NCBI GenBank assembly: GCA_973895155.1 | Contig: OZ316895.1 | Coordinates: 19,916,803 to 19,980,802 of the forward strand | Length of the DNA stretch: 64,000 nucleotides | Reading direction: 5' to 3' | Source of the DNA: Marsupella aquatica | Taxonomy: Eukaryota; Plantae; Marchantiophyta | Shown: piece by piece, positions 22,783-34,905 of the stretch | Layout: each line of letters starts with the position of its first letter | Numbering within the stretch: the stretch's first letter is position 1 | The notes under the pieces: generated by a model | What the model was told of the DNA's origin: nothing | What the model saw: only the letters and a program-made list of their open reading frames with translations | Database searches by the model: none | Made by a program: the position numbers and the translations under genes

Positions 22783-23701
22783 ATGATCATTCCGGTGCGA
22801 TGCTTCACCTGCGGCAAGGTGAGGTTTAGGGTTTCTCGGAATTGTTGAGCTGATTTAATAAGCTGTCGAAGGGATACATATTGATGCCATGTTTGCGGCT
22901 TGTGAACAAAGCTGAAGCTCATCCGTAAACACACCAGCCGTAGTAACAGCATAATTTTTTGTGAACGCGAGAGGTGAACAGAGAATCGTCTAACGTCGTC
23001 TTGAATTTGTGGAGAAAGGTTATAGGAAACAAATGGGACACATATCTGGACCTTCTACAGGCTGATTATTCCGAAGGGTGAGTTTCGAATCTCGATAGTG
23101 TAGGTCATCAAACGGCTGCCTAGTTTGGAATTTATGTTTATTCCGATAAAGATTTCTGAGACAGAGGACCATTAAATCGACTTTATTTCCAACAACCCTA
23201 AAAATCACATCGTTGTGATTGGGATGTCGTTTTGACGATTAGCGTGTTGTTTGCCACTTCCAGGGATGCTCTAGATGCACTGGGTTTGGTTCGATACTGC
23301 TGCCGCCGAATGCTTATGACTCATGTTGACCTCATTGAGAAGCTTTTGAACTATAACAGTATGTATCCTGTTCTGGATGTGGTCCTTAATGTGATTTCTC
23401 TCGCAAGTCTTTGCTTATGCACCACTACAACGGTCTTCCAAAAATGTTTTCCTTTACTTTGATAGGATAGCCCGTAGGAGAATGCATGCTCCAGATGGTT
23501 CTTGATTCAACGAACGTAGAAGCTGGAGTTTCTGCACAGGAAGATCTTTGGATGCCCTGCGCCGCTGTCACTTTCGATGTTTGATGTATCATCTCTACGC
23601 AACTGGCCCGTGATAGCTCACTCTTAATATTGAACTAAACCTGTTTTGTATCTGAATTCCGTTGTGCAACAGCTCTGGAGCGGAATGAAACCAATCAGTG
23701 A
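22783..23701 (+). CDS. NRPB10: DNA-directed RNA polymerases common subunit 10 (72 aa)
   Basis: Exons 22783-22818, 23019-23077, 23264-23358, 23673-23701 give [72 protein letters not shown], with the CxxC and CC zinc ligands. Confidence 0.98.
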
Positions 23702-26700
23702 ATTATGGGTTGTGAATTTTGAGGTTCCCTGCAGTGCAGAAAACTTCTTAATTGGCACAATGTAGGGGTACAAATGTGTTCAGAACATCCACCAGAAAAT
23801 GTAGAAAGCTTGATCATTCGAGCGTGGTCCTGCACACAGCAATTTTCCGCAGAACAGAGAGAGTGATCAAAGCGTGATCTGTACAGCATCTAATACCAAG
23901 ACTTATATACCCCTAAATCTGCTGCATCCTTATGTAATTAAAGGTCGCAGACGCTGAAGAAACTAACAGACTTCCAAGTTGGGCACTCTGAGGACGTACG
24001 ATCTATAGCATGACGGGATGCAAGAGTAAGGCCTTTGACGGTTTTAGACAGATTTGTCACCCAACTATGAAATGAAAACATAGATAGCTTGCGCTTCTGA
24101 TTCAAAATTGGAGTTTCGTGATGTGAATACATTTACCTTAACTTTGGTCAAGTTCATTTTAGCTTGATCAAGCTAATCTTATCACAGGATTCGTACTTGG
24201 AGTCCAAGTGTCGTAGATCTGAACGATCTGGATGCTTTATAAGTTACCGAAAAGATTTAGGTAAAAGTTGAGTAGATGAAGTAAACTAATATGGCTGGTC
24301 ACTGATGATAGGCAACAGTAAATGTCGTCAGCGTAGGTAGGATTAGAGGAAGGACAGAAGGACGTGGCGTGTCATGGACTCTGGGCGTTCGCTGTTAGGG
24401 GTGGGTTAACTTTTAACAATGGTTTTGCTTGATACTTTGGTCCTCTATAGGATATACCAGACGAAAATGAAGTGTGAATGTGTATATGTGCTCTTGGTCT
24501 TGTCTATTCTTTACTCCGTGTACTCAAAGAATTGAGTCTTTCGCGATGGTGTCAAGTCCTTGCTTTGTATGGTCTTTCTAAACTTATAAGAATGGAGGTT
24601 AATGGGGTGTTGTTTGACTGCCAACGAGTGACGTACAAACCAATCCTATGCATTCCTCGTTTATCAGTGAGCCACAACGTTGTAGTCTGTCCACAGACCA
24701 AAGGAGTCAGCAAATTGGCAGAAATTGCTATGAAGTGAGAGGCTAAATTATTCCCTTTTAAGATTCTCCGTGAAGATTGTGTCGAAGAGATCATATGCAC
24801 AATTGGAGGACCTTGCATTACCGCATCACCTGAGCAGGAAAAAAGACATGAATACGTGCACCGAACTTAGTTCCTACCGTCAACCTGCATAGGGAGGCGT
24901 AACTGCAGTTGTAAGAAGGTGATACATGGACTCAGCCACTGTTCACTGCCCTCTCCGGTGGTTCGTCCCAGCCGTGGTACCTACTAGTCTTTTCGAGAAA
25001 ATATGTCTGAAGCTCTCACGTTGAGATGGTTCAGGAAATTCAACTTCGTTATTCGAGTTACAGATGCAAAGGAACATTTCTCATATTTCTTCAGTTTCCA
25101 ATAGCATTAATAAGTTGGGACCCGCGAAAGTTAGGACCCTTGAAAGTTGAGCATCCCACCTAAACTATATATCTTCTTTCGGGCATTTTTATTTGGGCAA
25201 CAGTACCAAAGAGGGACAACTCTCATTGGGTGCTTTTTCTTTTCCTTTCAATCCACAAGATTGTGAGGAGAAAACACTGTTGCAAAAATCTAAAACTTAT
25301 TGGAAACGTTTCCTTGAAATCTAGTCATCCCTTAAGAAATTTTAATTTTCTTCTTATTCAAACTATTATATCCTTCGTGGGTACGTGTCATTTCAATGGA
25401 GCGATTGGAGAAGACTACGGAGTTTTCGCGTTGGAACAGCAAGTGGAATTTCCAAACCGAGCTTTGGTTGGCGCAGACCTTGCAACATCAATTGGATCGT
25501 TGGATAGTAAGCAGAGACTCAAATTGAAGACGACGAGTGCAGTGACACAGATAGAAGTGGAAGGTCTGCTGAAATCTTCAAGGCCTGATGATAGCAAGAT
25601 AGGAAGAGACAGAAGAAGTACAATCCGACATGCCATCACACCTGGGCGAATCAGTCAACCAAAGTAAGATCAGCCAAGCACAACAGGAGTGCAATTGCAG
25701 CAGCAAGCTGCACTTAAAATGTGGGACGACGAACTTAAATAAAAGAAACCAGATGAGTACGTTGGGCAGCCGACAGACCACTTGCGCAGCTGTGATATTG
25801 AGTCAGTTGCAAACCGGGGTTTAATTCACCGTCAAGGTTTGACAATGTGGCATTCAGTACAAATTTCTTTTGCTTCATACTATCCAAGTAGTGTCAGACC
25901 TATGTCAACACAAAGGTTGTGCAAAAGAGAAAAGAAAAAGTTGTGTTCTTTGTAGATCCCTAGAGTACATGGATAAACTCCAGTTATCTTTAATTTTATT
26001 ATTGTTGTACTGCGTGGTATGTTCAGAATGCACACGTCTTGAACCCTGCACGAGTAGAGCCTAAGGATTTGATTTGAGCCTAGACTAGACCCTGTGATGT
26101 GTCCTCTTCTTATATAGAATATGTTCAGTGATGACCAGACTTGAACCGACGGCAACCTCCCAAAGAATTCCTGTTTTCAAACTCCCCAAGGTCATTGAAA
26201 GTTACTAAAATGGCATGACGCAATGAACATCCACAAAAGGGTGCTTAAAAGGCTTGCGCTCTCTGGAGTATTCTTGAGTGTCAAGATATGTGTCATTCTT
26301 ATTTCAAGTGGGGGACATAGACCACAATGATGCACACGCCAAAGTGTGCTAAAAGCACTTTCACAGAAATGCTTCCTGCAATCCATATTTCTTGAGTATT
26401 TTTTCTTCCTTTTGATTCCAGGCGTGTCCGAGACCACCACACACCCTCCAGAGTGTGCCTAGAGCACTTGCTGCGTGAGAACTCAATGCAGCGCGGGACA
26501 TTGCTTGAATTAATTTTTAATGCCATTGTTATTGTTACGTATTCGTTGTCATTCTATGTGGGTACGCAGACCACATGAGCACACCAACCCCTGAGCGTAG
26601 AACGCTGGCACAAATAAATCTTTGACGTGGCACCGGATTTTACTTAGAGTGTTTTACTCTCTACCATTGTCATTCCACGTGGGTACACAGACCCCATTAA

Positions 26701-26756
26701 AAATACTCTTCAGTTCATTCGCCTCAACAAAACCTACCCTCTAGGCTCTCCCACTC

Positions 26757-26918
26757 ACTATTAACTATTGTTAGATTTTTGTCTGGCACACCACATTTTG
26801 ACTCCTAGATCTCCCCCTATAGTAAACTAATGGCGGCTCACTACTAACAATTGTTAGATGCTTTTTTTGTGGCACACCAGGATCTACATTTTGAGCCTAG
26901 ATCCCTTATTATAGAACT
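26757..26918. repeat. Degenerate tandem repeat, ~83 bp x2
   Basis: ACTA.TAAC.ATTGTTAGAT...TGGCACACCA...CATTTTGA..CCTAGATC occurs twice. Confidence 0.7.
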
Positions 26919-26920
26919 AA

Positions 26921-27300
26921 CTAGCCCAATGCCAGTGCAATGCATAGATAATATTGAGGTGCCGAAAAAACTCAAGGTGAAAAAGATGTAGAAATGAGGA
27001 AAAGAAGTCAAGGTAAGATAAGATGTCAAGGAGAGAAAAGATGACAAGGTGAAAAAATATGTAAAGGTCAAAAACAATGTTGAGGTGAAGAAAAGATATC
27101 AAGGAGATAAAAAATGTCAAGGGTGAGAAAAAGATGTCATGGTGAGGTGGGGCTGAAGTAAAGATGTCAAGGCGAGAAAAAGATGACAAGATGAGAAAAA
27201 GATAAGATGTCAAGGTAAAAAAACATGTTAAGGTGAGGACTTTATCCAAGAGAGAAAAGAAGATGCTAAGGGGAGAGAAAAGATGTCAAGCTTGAGTTTA
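26921..27300 (-). mobile_element. Helitron-like 3' end plus purine-rich minisatellite (further copy)
   Basis: A|CTAG-CCCAATGCCAGTGCAATGCA followed by the GAGAAAAGATGTCAAGG array, the same arrangement as at 4780. Confidence 0.55.
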
Positions 27301-27369
27301 AAAAATAAGAAATTAAAGTATACGCAGTGAGCATTGTTGTGATGCCATTACATATTTTGGGTATGGGGA

Positions 27370-27878
27370 TTGTAACTCAATAACCAGAAAGCTAGTGAAG
27401 AAAAGCTCAATGGCGGTAGCCATGAAGCTTTTCCAAGTATTTTGGGAATTTAGGGTTTAGACTAGAACCCCAACCCAGACAATCTTTATATTAATTATAT
27501 GTGGTACAGAAATAGGAGAATGACAATCTGGGCAAGGATTATTAGGCTGTAACTCTATTAATAACCAAAAGTGAAGAAAGTTGATCAACGGTAACTGGGA
27601 ACAAGGGCCGAAGGCTAGAAATCAAGCTTTCCTAAGCATTTGAGAGCAAGGTTCAGACTAGAATCTCAACTAGACAATCTTTATATGAAGTATATGCTGT
27701 ACAAAAATGGGATAGTGACAATCTGGGCAGGGGTGTATTAGGCTTTAACTTTATGACCAGAAAGTGAAGAAAAGAAAGTGAAGAAAAACTGATCAACGGC
27801 AACTGGGAAGTTTATCTGAGCATTATGGGAGCAAGGTTCAGACTAGAACCCTAGCCTAGAAAGTCCTTATTAAAAGTG
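27370..27878. repeat. Degenerate ~180-205-bp tandem repeat, ~2.7 copies
   Basis: Recurrent ACCA.AAAG..GTGAAGAAA, GGTT.AGACTAGAA, GACAATCTTTATAT and GACAATCTGGGCA blocks. Confidence 0.75.
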
Positions 27879-27883
27879 CAATA

Positions 27884-28207
27884 TGTAGAGGTTAACTCAG
27901 TCTTGGGTTGAACTATGATTAGTATATTAACTAGGGTTAGAGTAAACCCTAGTTGAAGAGATTGGTCCTTATCTCTTCAACTTCTATGTGGTGAGAGAAC
28001 ACACAAGAGAGTTCTCAAGAGAGAACACAATGATACAGCAAGAGATGAGAGCTTGAAGAGATGGGAGCTATGGTGATGCTTGAGTAGACACATAACCGAT
28101 AATAAAACTTGGTCTTCCCGTGGACGTAGCCAACCTTGAGGCGAACCACGTAACTATTGAGCACGTGTATGTTTGGAGTGTATTTCCTGATCTGATTTCT
28201 CCCCACA
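27884..28207 (+). mobile_element. Solo LTR (324 bp), copia-type
   Basis: TGTAGAGG...CCCCACA termini, TSD CAATA at 27879-27883 and 28208-28212. The CCCGTGGACGTAGCC..GAACCAC motif is shared with the LTR at 38761. Confidence 0.88.
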
Positions 28208-28977
28208 CAATACACAAAAAGCTACACTGGGCACTAGTTTCTGGACAATATTATGGAAATAGCAAGATCACTAGAAATGGTTACACTTACAACAATAACG
28301 TGTATTTTGTGTCGCATGTACTTCCTGTACTGTAGGCTCTCCAGGTGTAGCTCGCTTGCACAAGATAAACGCATGGATGCATTATTTCATTTCACTTGGG
28401 CTCGTGAACTCCATAAATCCTACTTGTAAAGCATGATCTAAGCTTACTCTTCAGGGCTATTGTCTAGGGTGAAGTCTCTAGATGGTAACTCTAAGGCGGA
28501 TAACTGAAAGTGAAAACAACAGGGCTGAGAGCAAAGATGAACCAGAAATTTCAAGGTTTCTAAAGGAATTTTTTTATTTTCAAGATTTGTTTTCTTTCAT
28601 CTCTGTTTTACGTCCCATAGCTACAGTAGGAACTACAATCATGGGGGAATCCTTGGCTTTGGTCCTTCGGCTTCAGTGCTACAATGGGTAGTGGTCCTAT
28701 AGTATATATCAAAGTGCCAAAGGGCAAAAACTCCAAAGCTACATTGGGTAGTAGTCCTGTAGTATATACACAGAGAATTTTTTGAAGCTGCTATATGGTG
28801 AATGCAACTTTCATTATTTTGTCTTATTCAAACTTCTTTTGTTATGCATTTTTATTTTAATGTGTCTTACCAAGGTATGCCCCTTGTATAGTTTAGATTT
28901 CCAATTTGTTCTGGCACCCCTCTAATTTTTTAAAATCTTTGCTATATTTTAAGATCATCCACCCTCTAACAAAGCCC

Positions 28978-29323
28978 GTTGAATTTCTAGCCCTTATTCT
29001 CATGAGTACAGAAGAGATGATCTAAATAATGTGCACACCTTATGTCTTTAAGTACTACTCATGGTTTTGTGTCCTAAATTTATGGTTTTAATTATTTTGA
29101 GTGTCATTACCTAAAGTAAGTACATAAGTATCTCTACTCATGTACATTATGTTGAATTTCTAGCCCTTATTCTCATGAGTACAGAAGAGATGATCTAAAT
29201 AATGTGCACACCTTATGTCTTTAAGTACTACTCATGGTTTTGTGTCCTAAATTTATGGTTTTAATTATTTTGAGTGTCATTACCTAAAGTAAGTACATAA
29301 GTATCTCTACTCATGTACATTAT
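28978..29323. repeat. Exact 173-bp tandem duplication
   Basis: 28978-29150 is identical to 29151-29323. Confidence 0.95.
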
Positions 29324-29613
29324 GTGCAAATCCCAATACCATAAACTTAAACTTTCTTGTTCATTATTATTTTTACTTTTGTGTTCATTATTATTTTTCT
29401 TTACATGTGTACTTTTATTTTTGTACCTTATGTGCACAAGTTTCAATATGATTGTAGGTCTTCCTAGTCAATGTCCTGTTTATATTTTAATTAGAACACC
29501 TGTATATCACTAAAAAAACAAAAAATGAAGCATGTTCCAGAATGAGCATGTTATATACAGTGCCACGGCAAAAAAGCCGCACTGGGAGAGAGGGTCCCAT
29601 AGGCAAAGCAGGA

Positions 29614-29636
29614 GGGGGGGGGGGGGGGGGGGGGGG
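29614..29636 (+). repeat. G23 homopolymer
   Basis: 23 consecutive G. Confidence 0.95.
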
Positions 29637-31496
29637 AAGGGAGGAAGGAGAAAGGGCCCCAAGTAGATCAAAAGGTCCCCCAAGGCAAGGAGTCCCCCAC
29701 AATGACAAAGGAAGAAAGACAAAAGCAAAAAGTGCTAGGAAACGGGAAACATGGTGCCAAACACAAAGCAACCTAATAAAAGGAAGGGAAAAAGGACACA
29801 AGAAAACTAGTATGTGGGTCCAGTTCAATTTTTTTTACACATTGGTAATATTGTATTTGTTTGTTTTACTAGCTCTCTTTCCTGGTCTTTCCTAGTCATC
29901 AAGTTTGCCAAAACTCTATGATGTGCACAAATACACTGCCAAGAATTTGGAAGAAGCTTTTAGGGTGGTACATAATATTGTCATCATTTGTTTGTCTCCA
30001 CCTTTCTCAAGTTCTTTTCACCTCTCTGTGTAATTCACATTGCAACTCCTCACTATAGCCATCACCTCGCTTGTTCGAGTGACAAATTATTCATCACAAG
30101 GGTGAGCAACAAACTATCTTGGAGGCAAGGAGCTAGGCAATCACCTGCACTTCATTGTCTCACAACATTTTTGTGCAATGGATAACTACGCATTGGACTT
30201 GTCTATAAAATTATGAGATGTTTTTAAAAGTATTTGAAGTTTGCATAATAAAAGTTGACATCACTAGAAAACAAATTCATAAACTTAAAAACTATTCATA
30301 GCATTGGTTTTTTAATTGGTTTATGGGGAGACAAGTATACTTTTTGTTTGGAAAATATACTTTATTCATCATGATTTGTCTAGTAATGACAAAAACAAAA
30401 TTCTCATCAATTTTAATGGCTGGCAAATGGAAACAAAGAAAAAACCCATAAGTGTAGAATCATAATGATCATGTTGGGAAGAGAGTAACTTGATATACAA
30501 CCACCTTCATGAGAGGAGAAACATACTGATTTCATTTCTGTTTTTTAAATGTATGTTTTACTAATCAATAGAAAGTCATAGCCTTATTTTTGTAGAAATT
30601 TTATAATAATAGAATAATTTAATGTTTTGAGAATAGTTGGCTATTCTTGAATGTGTAAGTGAGTTTGAGATTATGCTTATGACTTTTTTGGTGTGCATTC
30701 AAGGAATATATTTGAATGAGGCCTGGGGGGAGCTACACTCAAATGGCATCCAAGATTTTTTTAAAGATTTCTCATGGTGACTACCATCAAGGTAAATGTT
30801 TATATCAGTGCATATTTTTTATGACTAGAATTTGTGTTTATTTGTTATTTGTGAAGTGACTTGGTATTTTGTCCATTCAATTGACATGAGCAATTTTGTG
30901 TGAGTTTGTAGACAAATTTTGGCATCACTAAGAAACAACCCCAAGCTATCATCTAAGCTTGAAATAGAGGTTTGTTTCTCTCTTTTTTCCCCATTGAATA
31001 AGTGTGATTGCTAAGGTTGTTCACTCATAAAGCTAAATCAAGCATGGACTATCTATAATTTAAAATCTAATTTTCACACATGTTATATTTATCATAATAG
31101 TGTTTATTTTCAAATAAATTATCAGAAAAGCTAAAAATTTATAGCATTATCATAATTATATGGATGTGCAAATATAAGTATATTAATTATTTACCACAAC
31201 ACTTAGAGCTTCTATTTGAATCAACACAATAGATTTATGCAATCTTAACAAAACTATAAGTATTCATAATTTGCAATTTCTTTGTAAAAAGCAATGCTCT
31301 TGGTAGGTAGATGAGTCTTTTGTAATTGTGTTTTATATTGTTATGATTATCTTAGCACATTACATATTCAGAAAGTGAAATTTGCCCTTTGTTGGATTCC
31401 AAAAATGGAGAAGTTAGCTCTTTGTACCTAAAGTTATTCACTTAAGTTTACTATCAATCAGGTACTATAATTATAAGGTGCATATCATATTATTCG

Positions 31497-32030
31497 AGTT
31501 AAGGCAATAAACTATAGTACGCACATATGCAAAGGTCGGTGTAATGTTTGACCTCAATTATAACTTCAAAATCAATATAAGGTTACAAGTTAAGGCATTC
31601 TGTTACACACATCCGCAAGGGTCGGTGTATTGTTTGACCCCAGTTGTACCTTCAAAATCAATATAAAGTTACAAGTTAAGGCATCCTGGTACACACATCT
31701 GCAAGGGTCGGTGTACTGTTTGACCCCAGTTGTAACTTATAAAATCAATATAAGGTAACTACAAGTTAAGACACTACATGGAACACACATTTACAAGGGT
31801 TAGTGTACTGCTTGACCCTAGTTGTAACTTCAAAATCAAAATTAATAAGGTTATCTGGGAAGGTTACAAGTCAAGGCATTTTGGTACACACATCTACAAG
31901 GGTCGGTATAATGTTTGACCCCATTTGTAACTTTAAAATCAATAAGGTCATAAATTAAGGCAATTGGTACACATGTATTCAAGGGTTTGAGTATTGTTTG
32001 ACAAGTTGTAACTTGAAAACAAGGTTATAA
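31497..32030 (+). repeat. Tandem array of six ~86-105-bp units with internal inverted repeats
   Basis: Units start at ~31497, 31588, 31674, 31764, 31869 and 31953. Consensus AGTTAAGGCAT..TGGTACACACATCTGCAAGGGTCGGTGTACTGTTTGACCCCAGTTGTAACTTCAAAATCAATATAAGGTTACA. Confidence 0.92.
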
Positions 32031-32509
32031 TACTCTAGAGTTTACATTCCAAAAATCTAACATTCAATACCATTTCAAAACAATATTTTCATAACTAGAC
32101 CTTTCCACATGTTAACATCTTAATAATCCTTGCATTAAACTTCAATGTAAGCTTCCCATGACCAAAACCTCGCTTATTCACCCCACCTTCCTCATGATCT
32201 TTCACCCCTACTTATATTTTAGTATTCTTTCCCAATTTACTTGAGTGGCGTCAAGAGGTTGAGAGAATGCTTTATATGTTGCTTACCAAGCTTATTTATT
32301 TATTTTATTGCAATTAAATTGCCTTTTAAAATATACTTTATACCCAACCTGCAGATTTTTCAAATATTGATTTTTTTCAAAGCCCACATATTGCCCAAGT
32401 TCTTCTTATTCTTTAGGCACCATAAAGGGCATAATCTAGTTATGTCAACATCCAAGCATGGATAGGTTTAGTTTGATAGAGTTGTTTGTGTTGAGAAGTG
32501 ACATTACTC

Positions 32510-32755
32510 TTCACACGAGGCATCACACACAAAAGTAATATAGATTGTTGGATTCAAAACATCTAATGGTATAAAAGTCCTTTTTGAGCTAGGAGACCAC
32601 ACGAGTATTCACACACAAAATGAATTTGGATGGTTGTATTCATAACATCTAACGGTATGAAAGCTCATTTTCAGTTGAGAGGCCACACGAGCCTTCACAT
32701 AAGTCTTCACACACAAAATGGATGTAGATTGTTCGATTCAAACCATCTAATGGCT
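32510..32755. repeat. Degenerate ~87-97-bp tandem repeat x3
   Basis: CACACGAG..TCACACACAAAA...GAT.GTT..ATTCA.AACATCTAA.GG occurs three times. Confidence 0.8.
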
Positions 32756-34905
32756 GGATATTTACGGGGTGACATGGAAGTTTGACAAAATTTTCAGATT
32801 TACGGAAGTCTCTAACTGGACCCGTAACAAACAACCTACGAAGAAGCAGAAAAGACAAAGTAGTCCACTAATTAGTGTCTGCTAGAGCTTGAGGGTGGTG
32901 TATTTTTTAAGTGCAAAATTTAGCTATATTCCACCTCCCCCAAAAGTGTTAGCTACTTTTGGCTAACATTTGCTATATTTTTCTTGTGCCATTAGTCACT
33001 TTCCCACCTAATCATGTACCCTATTCACCAGATCTAGGGATATGTGAAGATAAAAAAAACTGACAAAGAAGATTCCTAGTATCTTCTCACTTAAATTCGC
33101 ACCACAATGGCTAAAAATTAAAAAACCTTGAAAAATAAGCTGGTGCGGAGAGGAGCGGATGGTCCAAGACTCGAGGGAATTGGTACCAAAGGACCGCGCT
33201 TTAGCCGGATTGACGACGAATTGTCTGCTCGCAATTCAATTGTGTGCCGACCAAGCTGAACGAAGGATACGCTTCTCACTGGCGTGAATCCTATTCATCG
33301 AAAACAAGGTCACCTACTACTGTAAGTTCTTTCCAATTGCGAGGAGCATGAGCTGTCGTTCAGAGGAGGTGCGTGAGTTGGATCTTTGTGTAGTTCTGGA
33401 CTTCTGGGGTTCATTTTGTCTACGGTCCACATTGAGCTGCAGTTCTTGCTCACTGATCTGGCCATGGTGGTACTCCTTTCTTCCGACCGTTGCGGCAAGC
33501 TTCAGCGAGTGAGAGGCAGGCACGCAGGATAGACAAACTAAAGGAGGCTTCACTCGTTCATCCATCAGAGTATCAGACTACACCCACAACCAACCCCTTT
33601 TCTCCCCTCCCCACTCTATCTATTATTATTGACTGGACTTTGATGGCACCCCACGGCCCACGCGCTATCGTCGAAGGTGCTGGAGGACTGTAGCGCAAAC
33701 AGTCCCGGATGCCGAACTATTTTGGGTACTCGATTTTTACGGCGTCCACAGAGGCAGACATCTTGAGAGCTATTGTTGTGATGACACCCAAAAGTGGCGT
33801 CAATTTTTTGTTTATCTCCTCCGCCGGCAGCTAAATGCGAGGAGAACTTTGATACAGTGCATCATTCGTTTCGTTTACTTGATAGAAGAAGTGCTCTACC
33901 AGGAACTGAAGTTAGTGTCGACATCCAAACTTGGCGGCTTTGCCTTTTAGAGCTCCGCAGGTGAAGACGCCCTACTGTACAGTGACACGAATTGTAAGTG
34001 GTCCCGTCAATGAGGTTTCTTCCGTAAATGAAGGTTTGTTGGACGTAAAATTTGGCTCATTTATTCTACGATGGATCCATCTGAGAAAGAACGCTATTTT
34101 GCCACGTCAAGGTTTCGTGCCGCCCACTGTCTTACGTTTCGCAGGTTCGTGGGAAGTGCATACTGATTCTTTGAGAATAACGGAGTCAGACTTTGCGACG
34201 GTCGTGCTATGATTTTCGATAATTATAGTGAGAAATTGGCTTGCGAGAGCAGGATGACGGCAAGCGAATCGATCGTCGTGATTGTTCTTAATATATCACG
34301 ATCTGCTGGGTTGAGTGACGTCGACTAAGCCCTGCCCAGGATCCAGAACTCCATTTGTGGATATATAAACTCGGCAAAGTGGCTCTAGGGCTATTGCATT
34401 TCGCTTCGCATTCAGACCTCTTGCTGCGTGTCGCTCCGCATGGAGGGTGACTATGTGACAGATTTCTGCTTCCATCCGCAAATCCTGATTGTAGAAAACA
34501 TGCTTTGTCCACACGGTCACTTTGTGTTGTTCAATCGGGGTCGACATCGGTTTGCTCTTGTACATTGCTAGCCCTTCAAGTCGTCGATAACTTGCTGCAA
34601 TTCCGGGAGAGTAGAATTGTTGTCATTTGCTCTATAAGGTCATAAAGCGCAATGCTAGAAGTCATAGATAAGGGGATGATTTGCAACGTAGGCGTTTGAG
34701 GCTTCTTCGTTGGCGAGTGCTCGTTGGCTGACGACGGGTGGATAGCCGTAGACATTCTTCGTTTCACCTGATTAATATGATTGGTAGTGTGATTTTTTGA
34801 CTGGGCAAACACCTCATCGCCTCCCCCTCACCCAAGATAAATATTAAAAGAAGGATAGAGTGACTTCATTCTGTTTGGCTCGATCGACTGTTCCGATTCG
34901 AAGTG

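Noticed and set aside
31580-31600. GGTTACAAG resembling the twister ribozyme L4 loop
   Set aside because: The following GCCC and the UAA/P2/GC elements are not arranged as required, so it was not called a ribozyme.
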